Part shown: in pieces, positions 41,901-55,232 of the stretch
How the letters are laid out: every line of letters begins with the position of its first letter
Position numbering within the stretch: position 1 is the stretch's first letter
NCBI RefSeq assembly: GCF_046119375.1
Contig: NW_027362773.1
Coordinates: 228,532,001-228,596,000 of the forward strand
Direction: 5' to 3'
Origin: Phyllobates terribilis
Lineage: Eukaryota
Length of the DNA: 64,000 nt
Program-made: the position numbers and the translations under genes
The notes under the pieces: generated by a model
The model's database searches: none
Seen by the model: only the letters and a program-made list of their open reading frames with translations
What the model was told of the DNA's origin: nothing

Positions 41901-42300
41901 ATTATTACCGCCTGTTCATTCCTCATTTTTCTTCCCGGGCTGCTCCCATTTCTACCCTGACCCGCAAAGGGGTTAATCCCAAGGAATAGACGTCCTAGGC
42001 GGAAAGTGCCTCTGTGTCCTTGAAACAAGCCTTCTCTTCTGCTCCGGTGCTGCCTCGTCCTGACTGTAACAAGCAATTCTTCCTGGAGGTATATGCTTCT
42101 TCCTCAGGTGCCTGGAGCAATCCTCACCCAGAAATCCTCGTCCGGGCGAATGGTGACCTGTGGTTTCTTTTCCAAGCTCTTCTCTCCCTCGGAGAGCAAT
42201 TATTCCATTGGAGATCGAGAACTGCTTGTCATCAAACTGACGCTGGAAGAATGGCGATTATTATTAGAGGGGGCCCTGCATCCGTAGGTCATCTACACGG
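38980..42300 (+). mobile_element. Decayed Gypsy (sushi-like) element: gag, protease, RT, RNase H
   Basis: gag QCTLHFEL...DWAKVAFII; RT VVYLDDILVFS; RNase H SNYSIGDRELL; many frameshifts. Confidence 0.88.
39868..40695 (-). mobile_element. Solo LTR nested at the gag/protease boundary
   Basis: TGTAA...TGACA termini with perfect 5-bp TSD CTCTG; orientation inferred. Confidence 0.88.
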
Positions 42301-42945
42301 TTGCCAGGTCAGAACTAGGAGGAAAGAGAAAATACAAAATCAGAAGACAAGAGTAGTCGGTAAACAGGCCGTGATCACAAGAAGAAACAAAATAGACAAG
42401 CTGGGAGCTGAGCACTGGGGACTGAACCAGAGGAGAACAAGGCTGTATCTGGCAGCTTCCGGCATTATGCTTTGAGCTTTAGTAGAATGTAGTGCTTTCC
42501 ATTTGAGTTAAGTAGGGAGCGTGTTTGACTTTGGAAGAGCGGATTTTGCTGGATTATTTTATGGAAGCCATGTTGCTTTTCAAGAGCCTTTGAGCCACTA
42601 CTGATGTGGAAACCTTTGTTTATCCATTGACAGATGATGGACCTGAGTGAGGGCTTTTGTTGTGAGATGAGTAGAAGTTTTTATTGGTATCATTTTCGCC
42701 TATATAACATTGTTGGTGGATTTATATTCCATATTTGTGAGGCAGAATGAACAAACAGTTGAACACCATACTTTACTGGTTCATGCTATGAAGTTTTTTA
42801 TTAGACTGTGAACTGTTATTGTCTTGGTGAATAATTCAATGTTTTCACATAACTTGCCATTTAAACTGACAGTTTAAGTATAAATGTTCAAAAGTATAAA
42901 TTTCAAGAATATTTTATTCAAATATCTTTTTTATTTACTTAACAG

Positions 42946-44891
42946 ATGACTGTACCAGGAGATCCGAAGGACAACTGACATCTTCAATTTTCAAATCAGA
43001 TGATCTTGAGATCCCACAGGATACAAGTGAAGTGAATGCCATTACTCCAGATATACCATCATCCCTTCACAGCAAAGATCTGTCATCTGATCCTTTGAAA
43101 CATGTCCCATCTTCTGCTTCATTAGCAACAACTAAGGAAAATCAAAGTCACAAAATAAGCATTAAAAAAGGAACTGCTTCTAAAGCTAAGAAGCCATTTT
43201 TACATTCAGAATATGGAAATAGTTTTCCCCTTGAAAAGTCTTGTTTTAAACATCAAAAAATTCACACAGCCGAGAATAGATTTTCTTGTTCTAAGTGTAG
43301 GAAATGTTTTAACAAGAAATCAAATCTTGTTAGTCACCAGAGAACTCACACAGGGGAGAAGCCTTTTTCCTGCTTAGAATGTGGGAAATGTTATACTCTG
43401 AGATCAACTCTTGTTAGACATCTTCAAACTCACAAAGGGAAGAAGCCATTTTCATGTTCAGAATGTGGGAAATGTTTTAACCAGAAATCAAATCTTGTTA
43501 GTCACCGAAGAACTCACACAGGAGAGAAGCCTTTTTCCTGCTCAGAATGTGGGAAGTGTTTTGCTTCAAGATCAACTCTTGTTATACATCTTCGAGCTCA
43601 CAAAGGGGAGAAGCCATTTTCATGTTCCGAGTGTGGGAAATGTTTTAACCGGAAATGGAATCTTGTTATACACCAGAGATCTCACACAGGGAAGATGCCT
43701 TTTTCATGTTCAGAATGTGGGAAATGTTTTAACCAGAAATCAGATCTTGTTAACCACCAGAGAACTCACACAGGGGAGAAGCCTTTTTCCTGTTCAGAAT
43801 GTGGGAAATGTTTTACTTTGAGATCAACTCTTGTTATACATCTTCGAACTCACAAAAGAGAGAAGCCATTTTCATGTTCAGAATGTGGGAGAGGTTTTAA
43901 CCGGAAATGGAATTTTGTTATACACCAGAGATCTCACACAGGGAAGATGCCTTTTTCATGTTCAGAGTGTGGGAAATGTTTTAACCAGAAATCAGATCTT
44001 GATAAGCACCAGAGAACTCACACAGGGGAGAGGCCTTTTTCCTGTTCAGAGTGTGGGAAATGTTTTAACCATAAATCGGTTCTTGTTAAGCACCAGAGAA
44101 CTCACACAGGAGAGAAACCATTTTCATGTTCAGAATGTGGGAAATGTTTCAACCAGAACTCAGATCTTGTTAAGCATGAGAGAACTCACAGAGAGAAGCC
44201 TTTTTCCTGTTCAGAATGTGGGAAATGTTTTGCAAATACATCAAATCTTCTTAGTCACCAAAGAACTCACACAGGGGAGAAGCCTTTTTCATGTTCAGAA
44301 TGTGGGAAATCTTTTAACCACAAATCATATCTTGTTATACACCAAAAAACCCACACAGTTGGGAAGCCTTTTTCCTGTTCAGAATGTGGGAAATGTTTTA
44401 TGGTGAGATCAAGTCTTGTTACACATCTTCTAACTCACAAAGGGGAGAAGCCTTTTTCATGTTCAGAATGTGGGAAATGTTTCAACCGGAAATTTAGTCT
44501 TATTACACATCTTCGAACTCACACAGGGGAGAAGCCATTTTCTTGTTCAAAATGTGGGAAATGCTTTACAGAGAAATCCAGTCTTATCAAGCATCAGAGA
44601 ATTCACACAGGAGAGAAGCCTTTTTCATGTTCAGAATGTGAGAAATGTTTTATGGCGAGATCAAGTCTTGTTACACATCTTCTAACTCACAAAGGGGAGA
44701 AGCCTTTTTCATGTTCAGAATGTGGGAAATGTTTTAACCGGAAATGTAGTCTTGTTACACATCAAAGAACTCACACAGGTGAGAAGCCATTTTCATGTTC
44801 AGAATGTGGGAAATGTTTTACTCAGAAATCATATCTTGTTAAGCACCAGAGAACTCACACAGGGGAGAAACCATTTTCATGTTCAGAATGA
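42946..44891 (+). CDS. Zinc-finger gene, final exon: spacer plus 19 tandem C2H2 fingers (XlCOF/XlCGF-like)
   Basis: AACAG acceptor in frame with ORF 43032-44891; repeated SCSECGKCF...H...HTGEKPF; spliced CDS of 2517 nt is divisible by 3 with no internal stop. Confidence 0.95.
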
Positions 44892-46499
44892 GGGAAATGT
44901 TTTACAGAGAAATCAAGTCTTATCAAACATTAGAGAAGTCACACAGGGGAAGAGCCTTTTTATATTCTTAATGTGGAAAATGTTTTACTTGGAAAGACAT
45001 ACTTTTATATAAAAAAAATAATCTTCCTAATCATTGAGTGTGTCCTTTAGACTGGAGGCAGCTTCCTGTGACAGAGAACAATGAGACAGGTGTCCTTCCT
45101 GATCAGTGAGAGAACTGTTCTCTCCTCCATCCCCACACTTATCTAACTGGTGAAGAGCAGGAGAGGAAGGTACCGGGACCTGTACCAAGGCTGCACGTCC
45201 TGAGATGAGCAGCTGAAGAACCTTCCAGTAGGTCAAGGACCTTTCAGATGATATAACATTGGTTTACATATTTTCAAAAGTTGTTGGGTTCAGTTATGAA
45301 ATGAGTAATTTCTTAATGATTTTGACCTCCTGAATTCAAATTGGACAAGGAAAATGTTTAGTTGTTTCTTGTTTCTATGATATCAGAGTTTTTTTCCTAT
45401 TACTGCTGCATATAATTAATGCATAAAAGTTTCAGTACTTTGAAACATTAATATTTTTGCAAATATACAGATGCAGAATATTTTGTTATGCCAATTTTCT
45501 GATATTTATTCAGAAGCAGTTTAACAACCATTTGAATAACTAAAACCTGTCCTAAACACTATTGCGAATTATAAACAGTTAAAGAAATTGCACTACAAAA
45601 TTTAGTCCTCATTCAGTGACTACTCTTTTTTTTTGTTTGTTTCTTGTACTTCTGCTTCGTATCATCTCTTACAATTGTCCAATAGTAATCTCCAGGCATT
45701 GATGGATTTATTTTCTTTGATATCTTTTCTCCTTAACCGCAATATATTGGTTAAATCTCTCACCGTGCTCATCGCTCACTGCTCCGCAGTTTGGTGGATA
45801 AGAGTCTAGAATGGAAGAAATTAATCTTTAAGGACATGTTGCAGCTAAGATCCTTTTTTTTAGGAGAATTACCACCACCTCTTCATTGTTACTGTTTCTG
45901 CTCTTGAGTTTCCCCAAAATTTGTCACCACTAATGCAAATGTTAACCATGCAGCCTTTTCCTTGCCCTGCAACAAAGGAAGAAACTCCTCATCTTAAAGA
46001 AGCTTACTAATCTGAGGTCCAATAAAGACTCCTTCTTTTATCTTTGCTTCCCTTAACTTTGGAAATTTATCAGTGAAGTGCATGAATGCTTTTACATTTT
46101 TATCCATTGCCTTTAAAAAGTTCTTCATTAGGCCCAACTTGATAAGATTTTGTTACCACCGTTGCCTAGGTGGGTCAACAAATTCTGGATGCAGGACAGT
46201 GTTACTCCCGTGCTGAAGTTTATGTTGGAGAGGCCAGTCTCTTTTATTGTAGTGATATTCTCTTGCACGACTATCCCACTCACATAGAAAGCAGCAGTAC
46301 TTTTGTGTATCCACCTGTGTATCCACCCTGGAGACCAAGTAAGGGGGCAAGCGCCTTGACAGCATGTGAGAACAAGCGGATGGAGGAGCTCCGGCCAAGC
46401 ATCTAGCTATTTATCCGATATAGGACCTGACGATCATCCTGAAAATCGCCATACATCTACTGGATTACTTTGAGTGTGGAGGTGCTTTGCTCCAGGGGG

Positions 46500-47510
46500 A
46501 AAACATGACTAGGAAAAGCTACAGAAAGACGGCGGGAGAAGCAAGCTTTCAGCTCCAAGATCTGGAGCCAGATTGAGCAGGGGAGACGAGGAGGGAAGTG
46601 GTGGCCAGGCTGGAGCAATTTGCCTGCACAGAAACACAGGTCTCAGCTGGTGATGGTGGCCTTATAGCAGCTAAGCCGCAGCTATGTACGGGCTCCAGAG
46701 CGGAGGAGTTGGATGAGGAAGTGAGAGAGGCAGCCACGTTGATGGAGGATCGAAAAGACCGCAAAACTGCATGTGGCACAGTACTCACTGCCCCACGGCC
46801 TAATCTGCACGATTGGGACATACAGTTACCTGAGGAACCTACTTACAAGATGTTTTCATGGTAGTGGTACATAGAGAATTTACAATCTGCTTTGAATGTA
46901 CATTTTGGTGGTCTTAAAGATGAGAGAGCAGGTATATGTCACAAACTGCAGAAAACAGCAGGGACAGTGGAAGGCAGTCAGCACCATTGAGGATCAGATA
47001 GCCGATACAAGCAATGAGAGCAGGCTTGCAGCACAACAAATATCAGCACAACAAATATCAGCACAGCTGGCAAAAACATATGCCCTTGAAAATGGATCTA
47101 GGTTCAATACTATACCACTTATTGGTGTGCTTGAAAAATAGAAGGCTCCTAGACTACTGAATTCTTTGAAAACTCGCTGAAATTAATAATTGGGCTTGAA
47201 GGCTTAACTCCCCCTAAAGGCTGTAGAACGAGTTCTTGTGCTGGCTGAAATTGTACACTACCAGGACATAGATATTATCCTGCAGCAGTCAAGGGATCAC
47301 CCAGATGTAACGATTAACGGATCCAAAATCTGGATCTTTCCAGATATTCTATAGAAGGGCAGAAACGAAGAGCTTGATATCAAAAAACATCTGAGAGATC
47401 TGTATATTCTATATTTAATTATATACTCTGCCAAGTTAAGAGTGGTAGCCTGAAGTACTGTGCACATTTTTCAAGATTCAAAAGAAGCCCTTCACTGGCT
47501 GGATATGAAT
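46500..47510 (+). mobile_element. Decayed L1-clade ORF1 remnant
   Basis: LENGSRFNTIPLIGVLEK resembles LENRSRRNNIRIIG; downstream IWIFPD...AKLRV...HWL resembles the ORF1p C-terminal domain. 5' limit is approximate. Confidence 0.65.
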
Positions 47511-49177
47511 GAGAGTCATAGCACAAAATAGGAGAAAAAAATAACTTTGGAGGAATATATCATATATTAACAAAAATGGGCAAACCCCTTACTAGAATCC
47601 CTCACTAGTAAGTCATAAAATATAACTTTTATTTTTACTTAATTAAAATTACTGCAGAGTTTATCTAAAATAGTGTCCCTAACCTGTTAATTTTTCTTTT
47701 ATATGGTATGCTATGTTTAATGTAGGTTATGTGAAACCCAAGGAGTCACCAGCTTTACCACAGAATGGGACAAGCACACACTAAAGAAAATGTCCCCCCA
47801 ACATGTTTCACCGCAAATGTGGCATCATCAGGGTATGGGACATTGGTAGAAAATGGCCACCATGCCAGACACGCCACCTATATATACCCATTGTATATGT
47901 ATCCACAGCCAATTCTGTACTTTGTATCAATAGTGCAGGAAATGATTGCACAATCCGTTAATGCTAGTCCTAGCTCATCTAAAGAACGACCAATCACATT
48001 ATATTAGTGTCATAGAAAATATTAAAAATGTCTGAAATCTTCTCACCAAACCCCTCTTCCCACCTCCCTTATCCCATTTGCAGTAAGGATAGGAGATGGC
48101 AATGTAAAAAGCTGCTTCTGTGTAAAATGACAGTGTACACAAGAAGCAACAAAGTTAATTACCATGCAAAAGAGAGCTCCTGGTAGCACAATGACCATGG
48201 AGTTGTATTGTATATTGTGCCTAGACAAAGAGAGGGGTGAAGAATAGACACAGTTTAACATATGGGCCAGAGATTGAATGAAGATGTGTATTTGCATAGA
48301 GATAAAGAGTAGAAAACCTGAAAGAAATAGGAAACATCTCATTAAGCATCAATGAGAATCTATCACAATCATGGTCCTTCACATTTACACATTCCTTTCA
48401 TTCCCAGACATCTGCTGGACATGGAGGCACTCAAAGAAAATATAGAAGCAGAATTTCTAGAACTCCGATTATGATGGGACATGTATTTTTAGCAGCAGAG
48501 CTGTAACTCAACAGTGCAAAACAGTGACAGCAGCTGGGTCATGTTTGATCTCTAAGGAAAGATAAAATCTGAACAAAAAATATGGCAGCACTCACCAACT
48601 TTTGTGATCATCCAGCGAGGAGTTATCGCATAAATTATGGATTTAATAAAACCATAAAGGGCTGAGACCAGCCCACAACCTGGCCCATGTGAGGTCATCA
48701 CAGAGGGAGTGTGTGGCCAGGGCCCAGTTTGGCATGAGAGATCAAACCGAATGATGATCTGGGTTCGTGCTGAGAGATACAATTTTTAGTGTAAGAAGGG
48801 CCCACGTTCACAGAACGGCCAAATCGGAGTGCTTTCCTTCGGGTAAACTGAATCGTTTCTGCGATCGGTATAGTAAGTTCTTCTGTTAATCCCTTTTATT
48901 TTATGTAACTGTACATGCTGTATTGTTTTGTCCCCTTGTAAAATTTTTCATATATTTTTTTCATAAACACTGCCTCTCTTTGGAGTAAATATAAAATTTA
49001 ATGGTTCTGTTTCTTTTGCTCTGCATACGTGCTTCGCCCCAAAGCCAAAGATGCTACTTAAAAACTGGTGTCCAATCGACCTGTATTGTATTTTAATAGT
49101 TAAAAAAAACTGGTGGTGGCAGCTAATAATTTTTCCTGGGTTGTTGTGGTGTTAGCAGTGATCGTCTGGTGGGTATA

Positions 49178-51160
49178 CAGTAAAGGAAATAAGTATTTGA
49201 TCCCTTGCTGTTTTTGTAAGTTTGCCCACTGACAAAGACATGAACAGTCTATAATTTTAAGGGTTGATTCATTTTAACATTGAGAGATAGAATATCCCCC
49301 CCAAAAAATCAAGAAAATCACATTGTATAAATTGAATAATTTGTTTTGCATTTTGCAGTGAGAAATGAGTATTTGATCCCCTACAAACCATTATGAGTTC
49401 TGGCTCCTGCAGACAAGTTAGACGCTCCTAATCAACTTGTTGCCTGAATTAAAGACTGCTGTCTTACATACTTGCTTGTATAAAAGACTCCTGTCCACAG
49501 ACTCAATTACACTGCTCAAAAAAATAAAGGGAACTCTCAAATAACACATCCTAGATCTGAAAGAATGAAATATTCTCATTGAATACTTTGTTCTGTACAA
49601 AGTTGAATGTGCTGACCACAAAATCACACAAAAATCATCAATGGAAATCAAATTTATTAACCAATGGAGGACTGGATTTGGAGTCACCCCCAAAATTAAA
49701 GGGGGAAAACACACTACAGGCTGATCCAACTTTGATGTAATGTCCTTAAAACAAGTCAAAATGAGGCTCAGTATTGTGTGTGGCCTCCACGTGCCTGTAT
49801 GAGCTCCCTACAATGCCTGGGCATGCTCCTGATGAGGTTGCGGATGGTCTCCTGTGGGATCTCCTCCCAGACCTGGACTAAAGCATCCACCAACTCCTGG
49901 ACAGTCTGTGGTGCAACGTGACGTTGGTGGATGGAACGAGACATGATGTCCCACATGTGCTCAATCGGATTCAGGTCTGGGGAACGGGCGGGCCAGTCCA
50001 TAGCTTCAATGCCTTCATCTTGCAGGAACTGCTGACAAACTCCAGCCACATGAGGTCTGGCATTGTCCAGCATTAGGAGAAATCCAGGGCCAACCGCACC
50101 AGCATATAGTCTCACAAGGGGTGTGAGGATCTCATCTCGGTACCAAATGACAGGCTTCCTCTGGCGAGCACATGGAAGGCTGGGCGGCCCTCCAAAGAAA
50201 TGCCACCCCACACCATTACTGACCTACTGTCAAACCGGTCATGCTGAAGGATGTTGCAGGCAGCAGATCGCTCTCCACGGCATCTCCAGACTCTGTCACG
50301 TGCTCAGTGTGAACCTGCTTTCATCTGTGAAGAGCACAGGGTGCCAGTGGCGACTTTTCCAATCCTGGTGTTCTGTGGCAAATGCCAACCGTCCTGCACG
50401 GTGTTGGGCTGTGAGCACAACCCCCATCTGTGGACTTTGGGCCCTCATACCACCCTCATGGAGTCGGTTTCTAACCGTTTGTGCAGACACATACACATTT
50501 GTGGCCTGCTGGAGGTCATTTTGCAGGGCTCTGGCAGTGCTCCTCCTGTTCCTCCTTGCACAAAGGCGGAGGCAGCAGTCCTGCTGCTGGGTTGTTGCCC
50601 TCCTACGGCTCCCTCTACGTCTCCTGATGTACTGGCCTGTCTCCTGGTAGCGCCTCCAGCCTCTGGACACTACGCTGACTGACACAGCAAATATTCTTGC
50701 CACAGCTCGCATTAATGTGCCATCCTGGATCAGCTGCACTACCTGAGCAACTTCTGTGGGTTGTAGAGTCCGTCTCATGCTACCACGAATGTGAAAGCAC
50801 AACCAACATTCAAAAGTGACCAAAACATCAGCCAGAAAGCATTGGTATTGAGATGTGGTCTGTGGTCCCCACCTGCAGAACCACTCCTTTATTGAGGGTG
50901 TCTTGATAATTGCCAATAATTTCCATATATTGTCTTTTCCATTTGCACAACAGCATGTGAAATTGATTGTCAATCAGTGTTGCTTCCTAAGTGGACAGTT
51001 TGATTTCACAGAAGGTTGCTGTACTTGGAGTTATATTCTGTTGTTTAAGTGTTCCCTTTATTTTTGTGAGTAGTTTAATTAGTCAGACTCTAACCTCTAC
51101 AACGTGGGAAAGACCAAAGAGCTTTCTAAGGATGTCAGGGACAAGATAATAGACCTCCAC
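49178..51160 (+). mobile_element. Tc1 (family G) 5' part, interrupted and truncated
   Basis: TA-CAG...ATAAGTATTTGATCCC IR with an internal direct repeat; GKTKELSKDVRDKIIDLH start resumes after the nested insert. Confidence 0.8.
49510..51074 (-). mobile_element. Decayed Tc1 (family C, copy 2) nested at a TA
   Basis: Close paralog of 15106-16635 with the same TIRs. Confidence 0.92.
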
Positions 51161-51504
51161 TTCTTGGGTTATGTTTACACGTAGCGTTTTTGGTGTGTTT
51201 TTGCACTTTTGCATTGCTTTCAACAGTGAAAAATACATTCACTTGTAAATTTCATTTTAAAATTTTACTACCTTATCTGGCCATGTGGTGTGTGAGACAT
51301 GATCAGACACATCATGTTTCATTTATGAAAGAGTGACTCTGAAAGTCACAGAGCCTATTTTTACAGGGCCATCAGACGGTCCTTACTATTGTTAAACGTA
51401 CACCAGCCGGCTATGCTTTGTTCCTATAATGTTATTGGGTATTCAATGACTGCAAAGGCTGCCAAAAATGTGGATGCACCTCAATACCTCTTTGAAGAGA
51501 CATA
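51155..51504 (-). mobile_element. hAT 3'-UTR fragment (family of 27488-32763)
   Basis: Matches about 28090-28452 up to GAAGAGACATA; continues at 59282. Confidence 0.8.
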
Positions 51505-51602
51505 CAGTGGGTATGGAAAGTATTCAGACCCCTTTAATTTTTTCACTCTGTTTCATTGCAGCTATTTGGTAGATGCTAAAAAGTTCATTTTTTTCTCATT
51601 AA

Positions 51603-54057
51603 CCCCTTTAAAGCCCAAGACGTATTAATACGCGTCTGTGCCCTGGGCTTTAAGAGCCTGATAAGTATTAGTACGTCTTTGCGAACGCAGCCTGTATAGC
51701 ACAGGGATGGTGCTCCATTCCTGTGCTATGCATGCGATCAGAATAAAAAAAGTGAAAGTGGGACAAAGTACAAAAGTAAAAAAAGTGTCAGAAAGTGAAA
51801 AAAAAAATTGTAAAAAAATAAACAAAACAATCCACCAAAAATAAAAATATAATGTACCCATCAATAAATATGATTATGGGAAATAAAACAATAAAAGTAC
51901 ACATATTTGGTATCGCCGCATCCAGAACGACCTGACCTATAAAATTTTCCCACTAGGTAACCCCTTCAGTGAACACTGTAAAAAAAAAAAAAAAAAAAAA
52001 AAAGCAAAAAACCATGCTTTATCATACCGCCAAACAAAAAATGGAATAACACTCGATCAAAAAGACGAATATAAATAAAAATGGTAGCGCTCAGAATAAA
52101 GCAATGCAAAATAAAAAAAAATTCTATAAAATTGCTTTCATTGTGTAAAAGCGTAAAAACATAGAAAAATTATATAAATGTGGTACCGCTGTAAACGTAC
52201 TGACTCGATGAATAAAGCTACCTTATCAATTTTACCACACGCAGAACAGAATAAAAAAAAAAAAAAAAAAAAGAAAAAACAATTCCTGAATTGTTGGTTT
52301 TTGTTTATTCTGCCTCCCAAAAATCGGAATAGAAATCGATCATAAAATGTCACATGCCTGAAAATGGCTCCAATAAAAAACGTCAGCTCTCCCAGCAAAA
52401 AACAAGCCATCACATGACTGTCGGACAAAATATGGAAAAATTATAGCTCTCAAAATATGGCGATGCAAAAACTAGATTTTACAAAAAAATGCGCCTTTTA
52501 GTGTGTGACAGCTGTCAATCATAAAAACCCGATATGATTCTGGTATCTCTCTAGTCGCAGCGACCCGAAGAATAAAGTCGTCTAATCACTTATACCGCAC
52601 GAGGAACGGCGTAAAAAATAAACTCTGGGTTCAAAATGTTCACTATACCCTTTGATAAAATCCTTGAGGGGTGTAGTTTCCAAAATGAGGTTACTTGTGG
52701 GGGGTTTCCACTATTTAGGCACATCAGGGGCTCTCCAAACGTGACATGGCGTCCGCTCTTGATTCCAGACAATTTTGCGTTCAAAAAGTCACACAGTGCT
52801 CCCTCCCTTCTGAACTCTGCCGTGAGCCCAAACACTGTATTTTCCCCACATATGGGGTATTGCGTACTCAGGAAAAATTGCACAAAAGTTTTTGGGGTCC
52901 ATTTTCTCCTCTTACCCTTGTGGAAATAAAAAAATGGGGCTAAAACATCATTATTGTGGAAAAAGTTTGATTTTTTTAATTTCACGGCTCCATGTTATAA
53001 ACTTCTGTAAAGGACTTGGGGGTTCAGGGTGCTCACCACACATCTAGATAAGTTCCCTGAAGGGTCTAGTTTCCACTGTTTAGGCACATCAGGCGCACAT
53101 CCGCTAATTATTCAAGCAAATTTTACATTCAAAAAGTCAAATGGCGCTCCTTCCCTTACGAACCCTGCCATGCGCCCAAACAGTGGGTTTTCCCCCACAT
53201 ATGGGGTATCTGCTTACTCAGGAGAAATTGCTCAACAAACTACATGGTGCAGTTTCTCCTGTTACCCTTATGAAAATGCAAAATTGGGGGCTGAAAAACA
53301 TTTTTGTGGGAAAAATGTGAAAATTTTATTTTTACAGCTCAATGTTATAAACTTCTGTGAAGCACCTGGGGGTTCAAGGTGCTCAGCACACATTTAGATA
53401 AGTTCCCTGATGGGTATAGTTTCCAAAATGGTGTCACTTGTGTGGGGTTTCCACTGTTTAGGCACATCAGAGGTTCCCCAAATGCAACATGGCGTTCGCT
53501 AATTAGTCAATCAAATTTTACATTCAAAAAGTCAAATGGTGCACCTTCCCTTCCGAACCCTGCCGTACGCCCAAACAGTGTTTTTTCCTCACATATGGGG
53601 TATCTGCGTGCCCAGGGGAAATTGCACAACAAATTTTGGGGTCCATTTTTTCCTGTTACCTCTGCGGAAATAAAAAAAAATTGGGTCTAAAGTAACATTT
53701 TTGTGAAAAAAGTTAAATGTTCATTTTATTCTTCCACATTCCAAAAATTCCTGTGAAGCACCTGAAGGGTTAATAAAGTTCTTGAATGTGGTTTTGAGCA
53801 CCTTGAGGGGTGCAGTTTTTAGAATAGTGTCACTTTTAGGTATTTTCTGTAATAAAGACCCCTCAAAGTGACTTCAAATGTGATGTGGTCCCTAAAAAAA
53901 ATGGTTTTGTAAATTTTATTGGAAAAATGAGAAATCGCTGGTCAACTTTTAACCGTTATAGCTGCCTAATAAAAAAAAAAAAAATTGGTTCCAAAATTGT
54001 GTTGATGTAAAGTAGACAATTGGGAAATGTTATTTATTAACTATTTTATGTGACATA
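51603..54057. mobile_element. piggyBac-like non-autonomous element with about 350-400-bp internal tandem units
   Basis: TTAA-CCCCTT start; units GATAAGTTCC...TAGTTTCC...GGCACATCAG recur at about 52650, 53040 and 53390; right end absent. Confidence 0.72.
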
Positions 54058-55232
54058 CAGTACAGACCAAAAGTTTAGACACACCTTCTCATTTAAAGAT
54101 TTTTCTGTATTTTCATGACTATGAAAATTGTACATTCACATTGAAAGCATCAAAACTATGAATTACACATGTGGAATTATATACTTAACAAAAACGTGTG
54201 AAACAACTGAAAATATGTCTTATATTCTAGGTTCTTCAAAGTAGCCACCTTTTGCTTTGATGACTGCTTTGCACACTCTTGCCATTCTCTTGATGAGCTT
54301 CAAGAGGTAGTCACCGGAAATGGTTTTCACTTCACAGGTGTGCCCTGTCAGGTTTAATAAGTGGGAAATCTTGCCTTATAAATGGAGTTGGGACCATCAG
54401 TTGTGATGTGCAGAAGTCAGGTGGATACACAGCTGATAGTCCTACTGAATAGACTGTTAGCTGCTTTTTTCTTGCCATAATACAAATTCTAAGTAAAGAA
54501 AAACGAGTGGCCATCATTACTTTAAGAAATGAAGGTCAGTCAGTGCGAAAAATTGGGAAAACTTTGAAAGTGTCCCCAAGTGCAGTTGCAAAAACCATCA
54601 AGCGCTACAAAGAAACTGACTCGCATAAGGACCGCCCCAGGAAAGGAAGACCACGAGTCACCTCTGCTTCTGAGGATAAGTTTATCCGAGTCACCAGCCT
54701 CAGAAATTGCAGGTTAACAGCAGCTCAGATTAGAGACCAGGTCAATGCCACACAGAGTTCTAGCAGCAGACACATCTCTACAACAACTGTTAAGAGGAGA
54801 CTTTGTGCAGCAGGCCTTTATGGTAAAATAGCTGCTAGGAAACCACTGCTAAGGACAGGCAACAAGCAGAAGAGACTTGTTTGGGCTAAAGAACACAAGG
54901 AATGGACATTAGACCTGTGGAAATCTGTGCTTTGGTCTGATGAGTCCAAATTTGAGATCTTTGGTTCCAACCACCGTGTCTTTGTGCGACACAGAAAAGG
55001 TGAATGGATGGACTCTACATGCCTGGTTCCCACTGTGAAGCATGGAGGAGGAGGTGTGATGGTGTGGGGGGGGGGCTTTGCTGGTGACACTGTTGGGGAT
55101 TTATTCAAAATTGAAGGCATACTGAACCAGCATGGCTACCACAGCATCTTGCAGCGGCATGCTATTCCTTCCGGTTTGCATTTAGTTGGATCATCATTTA
55201 TTTTTCAACAGGTCAATGACCCCAAACACATC
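54058..55232 (+). mobile_element. 3'-truncated Tc1 (family F)
   Basis: TA-CAGTACAGACCAAAAGTTT TIR; transposase ...WSDESKFE...QQVNDPKH then an abrupt switch to gag sequence. Confidence 0.9.

Noticed and set aside
43411-45012. Alternative-frame ORFs over the finger array
   Set aside because: Expected by-product of 84-bp repeats with biased codons; the frame is interrupted repeatedly.
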